Shown here: positions 22,501 through 33,887 of the stretch, in pieces | Layout: the number at the start of each line of letters is the position of its first letter | Numbering within the stretch: the stretch's first letter is position 1 | Assembly: GCF_028641065.1 (NCBI RefSeq) | Contig: NC_073387.1 | Coordinates: 23,374,001 to 23,438,000, forward strand | DNA: 64,000 nucleotides | Direction: 5' to 3' | DNA from: Leucoraja erinacea | Lineage: Eukaryota | Notes under the pieces: model-generated | Databases searched by the model: none | Seen by the model: only the letters and a program-made list of their open reading frames with translations | What the model was told of the DNA's origin: nothing | Made by a program: the position numbers and the translations under genes

Positions 22501-25500
22501 CCAAAGTCCCGTCGACCCGATTGACTCAATATATCGGAGCCGTTCCCCCGAACCTGTATCCCTCTCCTCACCCCGGCCATCTTTGTGACCCTGGGGGGCC
22601 TCCTGCAGCCCACCTTGAAGGGGCTGGAGGCATTCCCCCGGTTCACCCACCCACCGCCCCTCGCTCCTCGCATCCAACGTCTCCAGTGGCTTCTTCCCGG
22701 TCACACCCATCGACAAAGCCTTCGGGCGGGCACTGTGGCCATGGCACCTCCCACAAGGTACACAATATACAAGGGCAATTAGGGGTGGGCAACAAATGCT
22801 GGCCTTTGGTGCCACATACCGACATCCGAACACTTGTGCTTGTTCCGCCAAGGCCTGCTGGAACTAAACATTTTAACTCCCATTCCCGCTCCCACACTCA
22901 TTCCTGGGCCTCCATCATTGCCCGAGTGAGGCCACATGCAAACTGTAGGAACAACAGCTCATGTTCCGCTTGGGTAGCTGACAACCCAGCAGTATGAACG
23001 TTGAATTCTCCAATTTTAAATCATACCCCCCTCTCTCTTTTGAGTGTTCCACCCCTACCCCTAGTTATTCCTACCACCATCTCCCAGCCACCCCCTCAGT
23101 CACCCCTTCCCCTACCCCGTACATTCATATCCCATCCCTGAGATTCCCATTTCACTTTTATCCCCCCCCCCCCCCCCCCCCCCCAGTTCCCTTCCACCCA
23201 CATCCCTCCCTCTGACTTTATGCTTCACTCCGCCTTTTCTCTCTTTCTCTGACTCCCCTTTGTCTCTTTTCAGCTTTTATCACTTTCTCCCACCAATCTG
23301 GCCATCACTCCCCCCCCCCCCCCAATCTGTATCCACCTCTCACTCACCAGGTTTTGTCCCACCCCCACCTCTCTCTTCCAGCTTCCCCCCCATCCGTCAG
23401 CCTGAAGAAGGGTCCCAATCGGGAAAGGTCACCTGTCCTTTCCCTCCACAAATGCTGCCTGACCCACTGAATTCCTCTTGCACTTTGTGTTTTTGGTTTA
23501 GTTAACTTTAGTTTAGTTTAGTTTATTGTCACGTGTACCGAGGTACAGTGAAAAATGTTCAGTGCAAGATAAAGTCCAGTCAAGTCTGATTAAAGATAGT
23601 CTCCAATAAGGTAGATGGTAGCTCAGGACCACTCTTTAGTTGTTGATAGGATGGTTCGGTTGCCTGACAACAGCTGGGAAGAAACTGTCCCTGAATCTGG
23701 AGGTGTGTGTTTTCACACTTCTGTACCTCTTGCCTGATGGCAGCACTGCAGGAACTGCAGGTATCTTGTGTTGCCAGACGTAACTGGACCAGTGTGTGTT
23801 GGTTGGGCGATAACGGAAATGTCACCGTCTTTATCCTTGTCTTTCCTCAGCTTCCCACACCTAAATCTACAACTTCGCCAATGACCGTGATGGAACAAGT
23901 TCATCAGCTGCTGAAGGTACCTCTCCAACCTATTACAGAACAGGTGGCACGGTGGCACAGCGGGAGAGTTGCTGCCTCCCAACTCCTGAGACCTGGGTCC
24001 GATCCTGACTACGGGAGCTGGGTGTGAATGTGTGGGGTTTGCACGTTCTTCCTGGGACTGCGTGGTTTCCTCCGGGTGCTCCTGTTTCCTCCCAAACTCA
24101 AAGACGTGCGGGTTTGGATAATCCCTCGTGTCGGATAGAAAACAGCTGATTAGTGGTCGGCATGGACTCAGTGGGTCAAATGGCCTCTTTCCACGCTGTA
24201 TCTCTAAACTGAAACTAAACTTTATCTTAAAATTATTTGGAACAAAGGGTGGAGTTTATTTAATCTTGTCACGTCTACTGAGATACAATGAAAAAAGCTG
24301 TGTACTGCATGCTATCCAGGAACTGGTGATATATGAGTACAACCATGCCACACACAAGTACAGTGGATGGTTTAGTTTCGACTCGCAGCATGGAAATGGG
24401 CCCTTCGGCCCACTGAGTCCATGCCGACCATCGATCACCCGTTCACACGTTCTTTCTTGTCCCACTTTCTCATCCACTCCCTGAACCTACAATCTGACAG
24501 GCCTTTGGGATGTGTGTGGAAACTGGAGCACTCGTGAGGCAGCAGCTCTACCCGCTGCGGCCTCCCCCCCCTGTTGCCCCCACGTTGACGGGACCTTTTG
24601 CCCGATCGTTAGGCTGATCGTTACTGCTCATTTTTTCCTCTCAGGATGGAAACCGAACAGAAGGGATTCCGGAAATGATTGGAAGCTTCTCCGACAACCT
24701 CCAGCTGCTGAAACAGAATCTGAACGAATCCGACTGGAAGGTTGGTGTTTAATTGTCCAACGTGAGAATTCCTCCAGCACTTTGCGTACGCCGCAAGACT
24801 CGAGTATCTCCAGATCCTCGTGATGAGGAGGAATTTATTTTGCCAGAGGGTGGTGAATCTGTGGAATTTATTGCCACAGATGGTGGTGGAGGCCAAGTCA
24901 TTGGGTATTTTTAAAGCGGAGATTGATAGATTCTTGATTAGTGAGGGTGTCAAAGGTTACGGGGAGAAGGCAAAAGAATGGGGTTGAAAGGGAAAGATAG
25001 ATCAGCCACAATTGAATGGTGGAGTAGACTCGATGGGCTGAATGGCCTAGTTCTGCTCCTATGATATGAACTAGTTCTGCTCCTGTGGTATGAACCTCAA
25101 TCATATCCACAAGATACAGGTAGCGGGAGCTCTATCGTTGTGTGATAGTCTTGGCTACGTCCAACACCTTAAACTGACTGGACTATCTTGGTCGGTGAGG
25201 TTGCTGTAGGTCAGGATGACAAGGAAATTGAAGAGCATGCAGTGAAGACTTTGTCCTCAGGCAGACAGAAAAGATAGATCAGCCGTGATTGAATGGTGGG
25301 GTAGACTCGATAGGCAAAATGGCCTAAATGTGCTCCTATGTCTTATGAACATGAACTATTCACTGCCAACCCCTGAAATATGAACCTGGTGACGTGTGTT
25401 TTTTTTGGTGTTTTTTAGGATTTTGAATCTTGGCTGCAGAACTGGTTCCTCTTCCAACTTGTTCAGCCTGAGAAGAAGACTGCACCAACCCAGGCACCCC

Positions 25501-28500
25501 AAGTACTGCCTCGCCATGAGATGCCATCCAGAGGTACGTGACAACCTTCTTCTCCCCATCCCAATGAGACCTTGCTCCAAGATCCTTGGCTTGCCGGCTT
25601 GAGTTACAGGGAGAGGTTGGACAGCTTTGACATTTTTTTTGTATTGGAGCCTTGGAGGATGAGGGGTGACCTTATTTAGACTTTGCACTTTAGTTTAGAC
25701 TAGGGTGGCACAGTGGCGGGACAGTAGAGTTGCTGCCCCACGGCGCCAGAGACCCAGGTTCGATCGGGTGAGGTCTGTGCGGAGTTTGTACATTCTCCCT
25801 GTGACCACGTGGGTTTTCTCCGGGTGCTCCGGGTTCCTCCCACACCCCAAGGATGTGCGGGTTTGTAGGTTAATTGGCTTTGGTAAAAATTGTAAATTGT
25901 TCCTAGTGTGTAGGATATTGCTAGTGTACGGGGGTGATTGCTGTTCGGCATTGATTCAGTGGATCGAAGGGCCTGTTTCCGCGCTGTATGTTAAAGTCCA
26001 AAGAGTGGTCTTTTTGGGATGTGCAAGATCATGAGGGGCATGTTTAAAGTGAACGCCACAGTCTTTTTCCCAAGGGAATAGGATTTTAAAGATAGACACA
26101 AAGTGCTGGAATAACTCAACGGGTCAGGCAGCATCTCTGGAGAACATGGATCGGTGATGTTTTGTGTCGGGACCCTTCTTTAGATGATCTTAAAACCAGA
26201 GGGCACAGGCTTTAAGATGAACCTCAGGGACAAATTTTCACTCAAAGGGTAGTCCATATCTGGAAGGAGCTGCCAGAGGAAGCTATTGAAGTCACGTGGT
26301 TATGCAGGGATATGGATCACGTGCAGGGAGGGAAGATTAGTTTAACTTGGTTTCATATTTGGCACAGGCATTGTGGGCCGAAGGGCCTGTCCCTGTGTTG
26401 TACTGAAGAAGGGTCTCGACCTGAAACGTTGCCAATCCATGTTCTCCAGTGGTTTACTGACCCGCTGAGTTACTCCAGCACTTTGTGTCATCCTGTGCTG
26501 CGCCACTCAATGTTCTACTAGTTATGTTATCCCACTTTTCATCTATTCATCCACTTCCTACACACCAGGGGGGATTCACAGTGGGCTAATGAACCAATTA
26601 ACCTACAAACCTGCATGGGCATGTCTTTGGGATGTGGAAGGAAACCAATGGACCCGAAGGAAAATCATGTGGTCACTGGGAGAACATACAAAGTACAAAC
26701 ACTGATGCACACATGCACGCACACTCGCACACAAGCACACACGCATACACACACTCGCGCAGATGCACACACTCGCGCACATGCACACACACACACCCGC
26801 TCGCGAAAACACACATTCACGCGCACACACACGCGCACACACAGGCACACACATGCACACGCGCGCGCACACACGCACACGCGCGCGCACACACGCATAC
26901 ACAGTACTCGAGGTCAGGATTGAACCTGGGTCTCTGGTGCTGTGAGGTAACGGCTCTACCCACATTGTCTTTGAGGGATTAGATTTCAGAGTTGATGACA
27001 ATAAGGACATATTCCCTTTATCATTGTGGACGGCTTGATAGTAATCATGTATAGTCTTTCCGCTGAACGGATGGCATGCAACAAAAAGCTTTTCACTGTA
27101 CCTAAACTAAACTAAAGTAAGGTCACATCATTATTGGAGTGGGAGGCAGTGTCAAGCAGAGCAAACGTGCAAATCGCAGTGTGTATCTTCGGATGTTATT
27201 GTGTCACAATAATGTTTTGTTAGTTGCCTTGAAGTGACCAAATGATTCTTGTCTCCACAGGGAGGAACGTCTTCTCCAGCATGGCCATGAGCCCACTGCT
27301 CAACCTTCCTATCGCAGAAAGTGCCTCCAAGCAATCCGGTCTTGCTGAAGTCGTTCCTCATAAAAGGGGTAACTATGCCGACGAGTATTTCAGAACATAG
27401 AACAGTACAACAGAGGAACGGGCCCTTCGGCCCACAATGTCCGTGCTGACCATGATGCCAAGACCAACTCTTATGTACCTGCATGTAATCCATAGCCCTC
27501 CATTCCTCACATGTCCATCCATGCACCCATCCAAAAGCCTCATAAACATTACTGTCATATCTGCCTCCTCCACCACCACCCCTGGCAGCAAGTTCCATGC
27601 ATCCCCCACCATCTGTGTAACATACCTGCCCAGCTCATCTCCTTTATAATTGGTCCCGCTCACTTTAATCATGTGCGCTCTGGATTCATACAGTATGGAA
27701 ATAAGCCCTTTGGCCCAACTCATCAAAGTCCACCAAGATGCCCCATCTAAGCTCGTCCCATTTGCCTGCGTTTGGCTCATATCCTTTTAAACTTTTCCTT
27801 TCCATTTTCACCCAGGTAAAATCAGCTCTTCCCTTATCCTCCAACGCTCCAGAGAAAACAATCCAAGTCTGTCCAGCCTCTCCCTGTAACTAATCCAGGC
27901 ATCATTCTGGTCAACCTCCTCTCCAAAAGCATCCACATCCTTCCTGTAATGGGGCGATCAGAACTGCACGCAATACTCCAAATGCACTGACCAAAGTCCT
28001 ACAGAGCTGCATTATGACTTCCTGACTCTTATACTCAAAGCCCTGACTGATGAAGGCAAGATTACTGTACGCCTTCTATACCGCTCAAAGCTATGTCCAC
28101 AACTCTCTGCAATTTCCTGCGGTCTTGGATGTTCTGGGGAGCCTCAGGCTCTGCAGGACACTGATGTGACCGCTGTTATTTTTCCTCACGCAGTTTTCCA
28201 TGCAGAGACTGAGTGTGAGAGACTGAAAAGGGTGGCGGAAATTAAGCCCGGAACATTCCAGCCAAGCTGTGACAAGGATGGGAACTATGAGCCAAAGCAA
28301 TGCTGGCCAAGCACTGGCTACTGCTGGTGTTCCTATCCCAATGGGACCAAGATTGAAGAGACCGCAACCAGGAAACAACTGGATAATTGTCAAAGTAGGC
28401 TTGAGTTTCTTCAGCTACCTGTTGTACTGAGCCATAGTCACAGTTATAGAACCATAGGCATAGAGTCATTGACCCATATAGTCATAGAGCTACAGTCAGA

Positions 28501-31500
28501 GCCATAGTGTCATAGTGATAGTCATAGTGTCATAATCATAGTGTCATAGACCCATACAGACCCATAGTCATAGAGCCATCGTTTTAGCGCCAGTCTTAGA
28601 GCCAGAGTCATGATCATGTAACGTCATAGAGTCTGAGCCAGTCATAGAGTCATAGAACCATAGTCATAGTCCCATAGAGCTATAGAATCAATCATAGTCA
28701 TACAGCATGAAAGCAGGCCCTTCGGCCCAACTTGTCCATGCTGACCACCCACTGAATCCCCTTCCAGAGACACTCTCCCCATCTCCAAAGTTGACCATCA
28801 ATTTACAGATCCAGCGTGGAAAAAAGGCACCTTTGGCCCCCTGAGTCGACACCGACCCATACACTAGCTCCATTCTACACACCAGGGACAATTTACAAAA
28901 GCCAATTAACCTACAAACCCGGACATCTTTGGACCGTGGGAGGAAACTGGCGCAACCGGAGAAAACCCACACGGTCACAGGGTGGACGTACAAACTCAGT
29001 ACAGACTGCAGTTGTGGTCAGGATCTAACCCATGTCTCTGGTGCTGCAAGGCAGCAACTCTGCTGCAGCGCCACCGTGCCCATCCCTAGTTCTTAGGGAA
29101 ATATTCCATGAAAATGTTGATGAACTTTAACGGTTCCTATTGTGGACTAGTTTTGACTGAGGTTCTAACACATTGACAGGTGACATGTTAGCCTCACTTG
29201 CGGCTTAAATGCGGCTTTCTTTCCACCTTCAGGCTACCAAAAGCCAGATGACCCAAACTTTTCCGGCTTTGGTGGTGAGTAGCAGGGATCGGCCATGGTT
29301 AACCCAAGATGTCCACTTGGCGAAAGGGAGCGACAGACGCTTGTTGCCTCTAGCTTCCCTAATCCACTAACCACGATAGTCTATCCTTCCTCGGCCATTC
29401 CTTTAGACTTTGGAGATACAGCACGGAAGCATTCCCTTCGGCCCACCGAGCCTGCGACAACCAGCGATCACCCCGTACACGAGCAGAATCCCACACACGA
29501 GGGACAATTTACAGAAGCCTAGTAACCTACTAACCTGCACGTTTTTGGAGTGTGTGAGGAAACCCACTCGATTACAGGGAGACCGTACAAACTCCGTACA
29601 GACAGCACCTGTAGTCGGGTTCGAACCGGAGTCTCTGGTGCTGTGAGGCAACAACATGACTGCTGCGCCACCGTGCCGCCCCTATTGAGGCTAATTGAAC
29701 CTAACTTTATAGTGAGTTCTTTGTCCCATTTGGCCCATTGAATCATGGCTGATCTATCCATTCTCCTGCCTCCTCCCCGTAACCTTTGACACCCTTACTG
29801 ATCAAGAACCTGACAATCTCTGCTTTAACAAAACATAGACTAGTAGAAAACATAGAACATAGACTAGTGTAGCACCTTCGACCGTGCTGGACATGATGCC
29901 AGGTTAAAGAAATGGCAGCACAGTGGTGTAATGGTAGGGCCTTTAATGCCTTATCAAAACCTATCAATCTCTGCTTTATAAATACCCAATGTCTTGACCT
30001 CCACAGCCGTCTGTGACAATGAATTCCATAATTCAATAGCAGTCGCATCGCTTTGATCATTAACCTTTGCACTAATGTCCTAAAACAGTGCGTCTACAAT
30101 TTGGAAAGAGTAAACTTCTGAGACAAGTTATAAATGGGAGATATTCAAAGCTAAACTGAAGATAGAAAATAACACAAATGGCACAGGGTGTAGAGACGCT
30201 GCCTCACAGCACCAGAGACCCGGGTTTCATCCTGATCTCCGTGTGTCTGTCTGTGTGTGTAGAGTTTGCATGTTCTCCCTGTGACCATGTGGGTTTCCTC
30301 CGGGTGCTCCGGTTTCCTCCCACATTCCGAATAGGTGCAGGTTTGCAGGTTAATTGGCCCTGTGTAAATTGGCCCCAGTGTGCAGGGGAGTGCATAAGAA
30401 GGTGGGATAACATAGAACTAGTGTGAAGGGGTGATCGATGTTTTGGCTTGGACTCGGTGGGCCGAAGGTCCTGTTTCCATGCTGTATCCCTAAACTAAAT
30501 TACACTAAACTAAATGGTGAAGAGTAGCTTTAATATTTTTCTCTGATGTTCTATGTTCCAGGATTCTAGAGATTAGTTCAAATAAAGAGAATTAACTTCA
30601 AGGAAACATAGAACCTAGAACATAAAACAGTCGAGCACAGGAACAGGCCCTTCAGCCCACAATGTCTGTGCCAAACATGATGCCAAGATAAACTAATCTC
30701 CTCTGCCTGCATGTGATGCACACCCCTCCATTCCATACATAACCATGTGCCTGTCTTTAAAAGTCCTCTTAAACGCCACAACGTATCTGCCTCGACCACC
30801 ACCGCTGGCAGCGCGTCCCATGCACTCACCACCCTCTGTGCATAAACAAAAATTGTCCCACACATCTTTGAACTTTACCCTTCTCGTCTTAAAGCAATGC
30901 CCTCTAGTCTTGGACCTTTCCACCCTGGGGAAAAGGTTCTGATTGTCTACCCTGTCTATGCTTCTCATGATATGATAAACTTCTATCCGGTCTCCCCTCA
31001 ACCTCTGACGCTGTAGAGAAAACAATCCAAGTTTGTCCAACCTCCCCTTATAATCCGAGCATCATTCTTGTGAACTGCTTCCGCACCATCCCCAAAGCCT
31101 CCACATCCTTACTGTAAATGGAGCGGCACGGTGGCGCAGCGGTAGAGTTGATGTCTTACAGTGCCAGAGACCCGGGTTCGATCCTGACTGCGGGTGCTGT
31201 CTGTACGGATTTTGTACATTCTCTCAGTGACCCGCGTGGGTTTTCTCCGGGTGTTCAGGTTTCCTCCCACACTCCAAAGACGTACAGGTTTGTAGGTTAA
31301 TTAGCTTTGGTAAAAATCGTAAATTGTTCCTAGTGTGTAGGATAGTGTATAAGGTGATCGCTGGTCGGCGCGGACTTGGTGGGCGGAAGGGCCTGTTTCC
31401 ACACAGTTTCTCTAAAACTAAACAAAACAATGCCCTATAGTCCTTGCTATTCCACTCTGGGGGCAAGGTTCTGACTTTGTACCCTATCTATGCCTCTCAC

Positions 31501-32994
31501 GAGTGTATAAACATTCTATCTGATCTTCTTGTGAATCTCCAACCCTGTAGAGAAAACAAGCCAAACTTGTTCAACTTCTCCTTATCATCCGGGCATCATT
31601 CTGATAAACCTCCTCTGCACCCTCTCAATAGCCTCCACATCCTTCCTGTAATAAGTTCATAAGTTCACATCATAGCAACAGAATTAGGCCATTTGGCCCA
31701 TCAAGGCTACTCCGCCATCCAGTCATGGTGGTCACGGTGTCGCAGTGGTAGAGTTGCTGCCTTACAGCGAACGCAGCGCTGGGGACCCGGGTTCGATCCT
31801 GACTACGGGTGCTGTCTGTACGGAGTTTGTACGTTCTCCCTGTGATCTGCATGGGTTTTCTCCGAGATCTTCGGTTTCTACCCACACTCCAAAGATGTAC
31901 AGGTTTGTAGGTTAATTGGTTTGGTAAATGTAAAAATTGTCCCTGGTGTGTGTAGGATAGTGTTAATGTGCAGGGATCGCTGGTCGGCGCGGACCTGATG
32001 GGCTGAAGGGCCTGTTTCTGCTCTGTATCTCTAAACTAAACATTCTCCTGCCTTCTCCCCATAACCTTTAACGCCCATACTAATCAAGAATCTGTCAATC
32101 TTCACCTTAAGAATACCCATAGAAGGCCTCCACCGCCATCTGTGGCAATGAATTCCACAGATTCATCACCTTCTGATGAAATAAATCCCTCCTCATCTCC
32201 TTTCCAACCGTACGTTCTTTTATTCTGAGGCTTTGGTTTCTGGCCCTAGACTCTCTCACTAGTGCAACCATCCTCTCCACATCCACTCTATCCGGGCCTT
32301 TCACTATCGGTAAGTTTCAATGAGGGTCCCTACTCATCCTTCTAAACTCCAGCGAGTACAGGCCCAGTCAAACGCAATGGAAGGCGGCAAGTAGCACTGT
32401 ATTCGATACTCTAAATGTGTCCGAACTAAAGTGCTAGGTGTTGTACTTAACAGAGGTCCCTCTTCTCGGCCCTGCCTCACCATGGACATGGAATGAAGGA
32501 ACTGCAAGCACACAAAACAGGAGCTAACATAACCATTCACTCCCTTTCCCTCGCTCCAACCACCCATAACACAGCTGATCCAACCACCCATAACACAGCT
32601 GATCTAACCACCCATAACACAGCTGATCTAACCACTGCATTCTTCATAAGTTCATCAATTCATAAGTTCTAGGAGCAGAATTAGGCCATTCGGCCCATCA
32701 AGTCTACTCTGCAATTCAGTCATGGCTGATCTATCTTTCCCTCTCAACAACATTCTCCTGCCTTCTCCTCATAACCTTTGACACCCTTACTAATCAAGAA
32801 TCTGTCAATCTCCTCCTTAAAAATCCCCAATGACTTGGTCTCCACAGCCCTGCCTTGTCTTGCAATCTCTCAGCTCCTTGCTTGATGAAACTACCCAATA
32901 TTTAAAGATAAAGGCTTTGCTGAAACAAGTTTGTTGAGATATCTCCAAAACTAACAATGTTTTTCTCTTTTTTCTTACAGCTTTTGAGGACTAA
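10434..32994 (+). CDS. CD74: CD74 / MHC class II invariant chain, spliced gene model join(10434-10546,18929-19107,21121-21203,23851-23916,24645-24740,25419-25533,27261-27368,28194-28394,29233-29274,32981-32994), 338 aa
   Basis: All introns are GT-AG with matching phases (2,1,0,0,0,1,1,1,1). Total 1017 nt, open to TAA. Domain order and motifs parallel mammalian Ii: TM 'GRGLLYAGVSILVAMLIAGQ', 'GSFSDNLQLLKQNLNESDWK-DFESWLQNWFLFQL', and a thyroglobulin-1 domain with QC and CWC motifs. Confidence 0.95.
10648..11105. mobile_element. Non-autonomous hAT-like element, CpG-rich, 100 bp into CD74 intron 1
   Basis: TIR TAGGGTTGCCAACT / AGTTGGAAAACTTA; perfect 8-bp TSD ACCGCAAC at 10640-10647 and 11106-11113. 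Confidence 0.85.
12725..13137 (+). mobile_element. Rex1/Babar-like LINE 3' fragment (high-copy; further copies at about 9905-10218, 34085-34630, 56815-57210)
   Basis: IIKDQSHPGH..FSPLPS..RYRSVKTHTSRFRD.SFP C-terminal peptide and shared 3' UTR. Confidence 0.75.
13211..13242 (-). promoter_or_regulatory. X1-X2-Y module in CD74 intron 1
   Basis: Minus strand reads CCTGGCAACTGGTGAGTCAacagtcagCCAAT. Confidence 0.7.
18441..18532. promoter_or_regulatory. Intron-1 enhancer-like cluster: EICE plus three NF-kB-like sites plus octamer-like site
   Basis: GGAAGTGAAACTG (minus, 18441-18453); GGGAATTACCCC 18455-18466; GGGACTTTCC (minus, 18500-18509); TTGCAAAT 18510-18517; GGGAAACTTCC 18522-18532. Confidence 0.65.
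18929..19107 (+). CDS. CD74: CD74 exon 2: transmembrane anchor SLSWGRGLLYAGVSILVAMLIAGQVVGIMFLMKQQDKIDGLQKTTRRLESKYSASRGPF
   Basis: Acceptor ccttccag, donor gtaagc. Strong match to human [37 protein letters not shown]. Confidence 0.97.
19321..20075 (-). mobile_element. Young 5'-truncated CR1 inserted into a (GATT)n microsatellite in CD74 intron 2
   Basis: ORF 19482-20057; (catagaaa)n tail; near-identical to 39284-40030; GATT repeats on both flanks. Confidence 0.92.
21121..21203 (+). CDS. CD74: CD74 exon 3: CLIP region (R)PKPIMHLRPMMMDLPISYINPNADAPK
   Basis: Long polypyrimidine tract + cag; donor AAG|gtgact; phase 1-0 as in mammalian exon 3; PKP plus Met-rich core with Pro. Confidence 0.93.
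22822..23495 (+). mobile_element. Penelope-like element 3' fragment (GIY-YIG C-terminus + terminal repeat)
   Basis: Decayed EHL..RQG...HFNS..HSH...EQQLMFRLG..QP..MNVEFSNF peptide, followed by a C-rich tract and the ctgaagaagggtc terminal motif. Confidence 0.75.
23851..23916 (+). CDS. CD74: CD74 exon 4: LPTPKSTTSPMTVMEQVHQLLK
   Basis: Acceptor ctttcctcag, donor AAG|gtacct; resembles human ...NMTEDHVMHLLQ; phase 0-0. Confidence 0.92.
24645..24740 (+). CDS. CD74: CD74 exon 5: trimerisation domain DGNRTEGIPEMIGSFSDNLQLLKQNLNESDWK
   Basis: 96-nt exon; matches human ...[23 protein letters not shown]; acceptor ttttttcctctcag, donor AAG|gttggt. Confidence 0.96.
25419..25533 (+). CDS. CD74: CD74 exon 6: DFESWLQNWFLFQLVQPEKKTAPTQAPQVLPRHEMPSR
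   Basis: Matches human VFESWMHHWLLFEM...KPTDAPP; acceptor ttttttag, donor GAG|gtacgt; phase 0-1. Confidence 0.95.
26705..26902. repeat. (CA/CG) alternating purine-pyrimidine microsatellite inside a SINE
   Basis: cacacacgcgcgcacac runs. Confidence 0.9.
27261..27368 (+). CDS. CD74: CD74 additional exon with CLIP-like peptide (G)RNVFSSMAMSPLLNLPIAESASKQSGLAEVVPHKR
   Basis: Acceptor ttcttgtctccacag, donor GGG|gtaact. 108 nt, phase 1-1, open in the required frame, in non-repetitive sequence. No counterpart in the mammalian exon structure. Confidence 0.8.
28194..28394 (+). CDS. CD74: CD74 thyroglobulin type-1 exon (mammalian 6b / p41 equivalent) VFHAETECERLKRVAEIKPGTFQPSCDKDGNYEPKQCWPSTGYCWCSYPNGTKIEETATRKQLDNCQ
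   Basis: Six Cys; PxCD..G.Y.P.QC...GYCWC..PNG signature; phase 1-1; alternative in-frame acceptor at 28206. Confidence 0.97.
28410..28700. repeat. Degenerate (catagt/catagag)n low-complexity repeat just after the thyroglobulin exon
   Basis: Repeated catagtcatagag words. Confidence 0.8.
29233..29274 (+). CDS. CD74: CD74 penultimate exon (S)YQKPDDPNFSGFG
   Basis: Acceptor ctttctttccaccttcag, donor G|gtgagt; resembles human LEDPSSGLG. Confidence 0.88.
31125..31425 (+). mobile_element. tRNA-derived V-SINE (HE1-like), representative copy; many more, e.g. about 11919, 25703, 29402(-), 30180, 31728, 45868, 50717
   Basis: A-box ggtggcgcagcgg; B-box gggttcgatcc; V-domain ...cgtgggttttctccggg...ggtttcctcccac; CR1-like 3' tail and (ctaaa)n. 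Confidence 0.88.
32557..32636. repeat. 24-bp tandem repeat x3
   Basis: aaccacccataacacagctgatc(c/t) repeated. Confidence 0.85.
32981..32994 (+). CDS. CD74: CD74 last exon coding part (A)FED-stop
   Basis: Branch-like ctaac at 32951, long T/C tract, cag, then a very short coding tail as in mammalian CD74, followed by AT-rich UTR-like sequence. Confidence 0.8.
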
Positions 32995-33881
32995 GGATGA
33001 AATGTCGATGGACACAGATCCTCAAGACCAGCTTTGCTCCCCAGACATACATTAATTGCAAAGATTGATTAACATTTACTTTGATTGATAATTATTGGGC
33101 TGTTGACTTGCACCCAGTACATGTATCTTCTATCCTGCTTATGATTTGTCCGTGAGGATTATTTAGCTAAAAAGTAGACAATCAAATTGCTCATAAGTTC
33201 ATAAAATCATAAGTTGTAGCAGCAGAATTAGGCCATTCGGCCCATCAAGGCTACTCCGCCATTCAATCATGGCTGATCTATCTTTCCCTCTCAACCCCAT
33301 TCTCCTGCCTTCTCCCCATAACCTTTGACACACTTACTAATCAAGAATCTGTCAATCTCCTCCTTAAAAATCCCCAATGACTTGGTCTCCACAGCCATCT
33401 GAGGCAATGAATTCCACAGATTCACCACCCTCTAACTAGATGAATTCCTCCTCATCTCCTTGCTAAAGTTACCTCCTTTAATTCTGAGTCTGTGCCCTCT
33501 GGTTCTAGAGTCTGTACATTCACCCCATCTATTCCTCCCATGATTTTATCAACCCTCTCACCTGAACACTTGGGCATTTGCTTCATAATCCAGATGGCTC
33601 TGCCTAACACTGGGAACACCACCATCAGAGATTGAAGGATTGCAGGGGTATATAAAGCCCCCCCTCACCATTACTTTGGGATTCAGTAGAGTTGGGGCTA
33701 CAGTTTATGATTATCAGCAATGCCCCTTTGCAATTAAAAGATGCATTCAAGATATAAAAATTCACCACTTTGTTTTAAGAATTGCCAAGAATTAATTTGC
33801 TGAAGAATAATATTGCTTCTAGATTATGTTAATATTTGCTCATTGATAATGGCTAACTATTGCTGGGGAATATTATGTTGC

Positions 33882-33887
33882 AATAAA
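33882..33887 (+). terminator. Candidate CD74 polyadenylation signal AATAAA (alternative ATTAAA at 33733-33738)
   Basis: AATAAA about 0.9 kb after the stop, followed by T- and GT-rich downstream sequence. Confidence 0.55.

Noticed and set aside
31125-31200. tRNA gene-like A/B boxes
   Set aside because: Heads of V-SINEs, continuing into SINE body; no complete cloverleaf.
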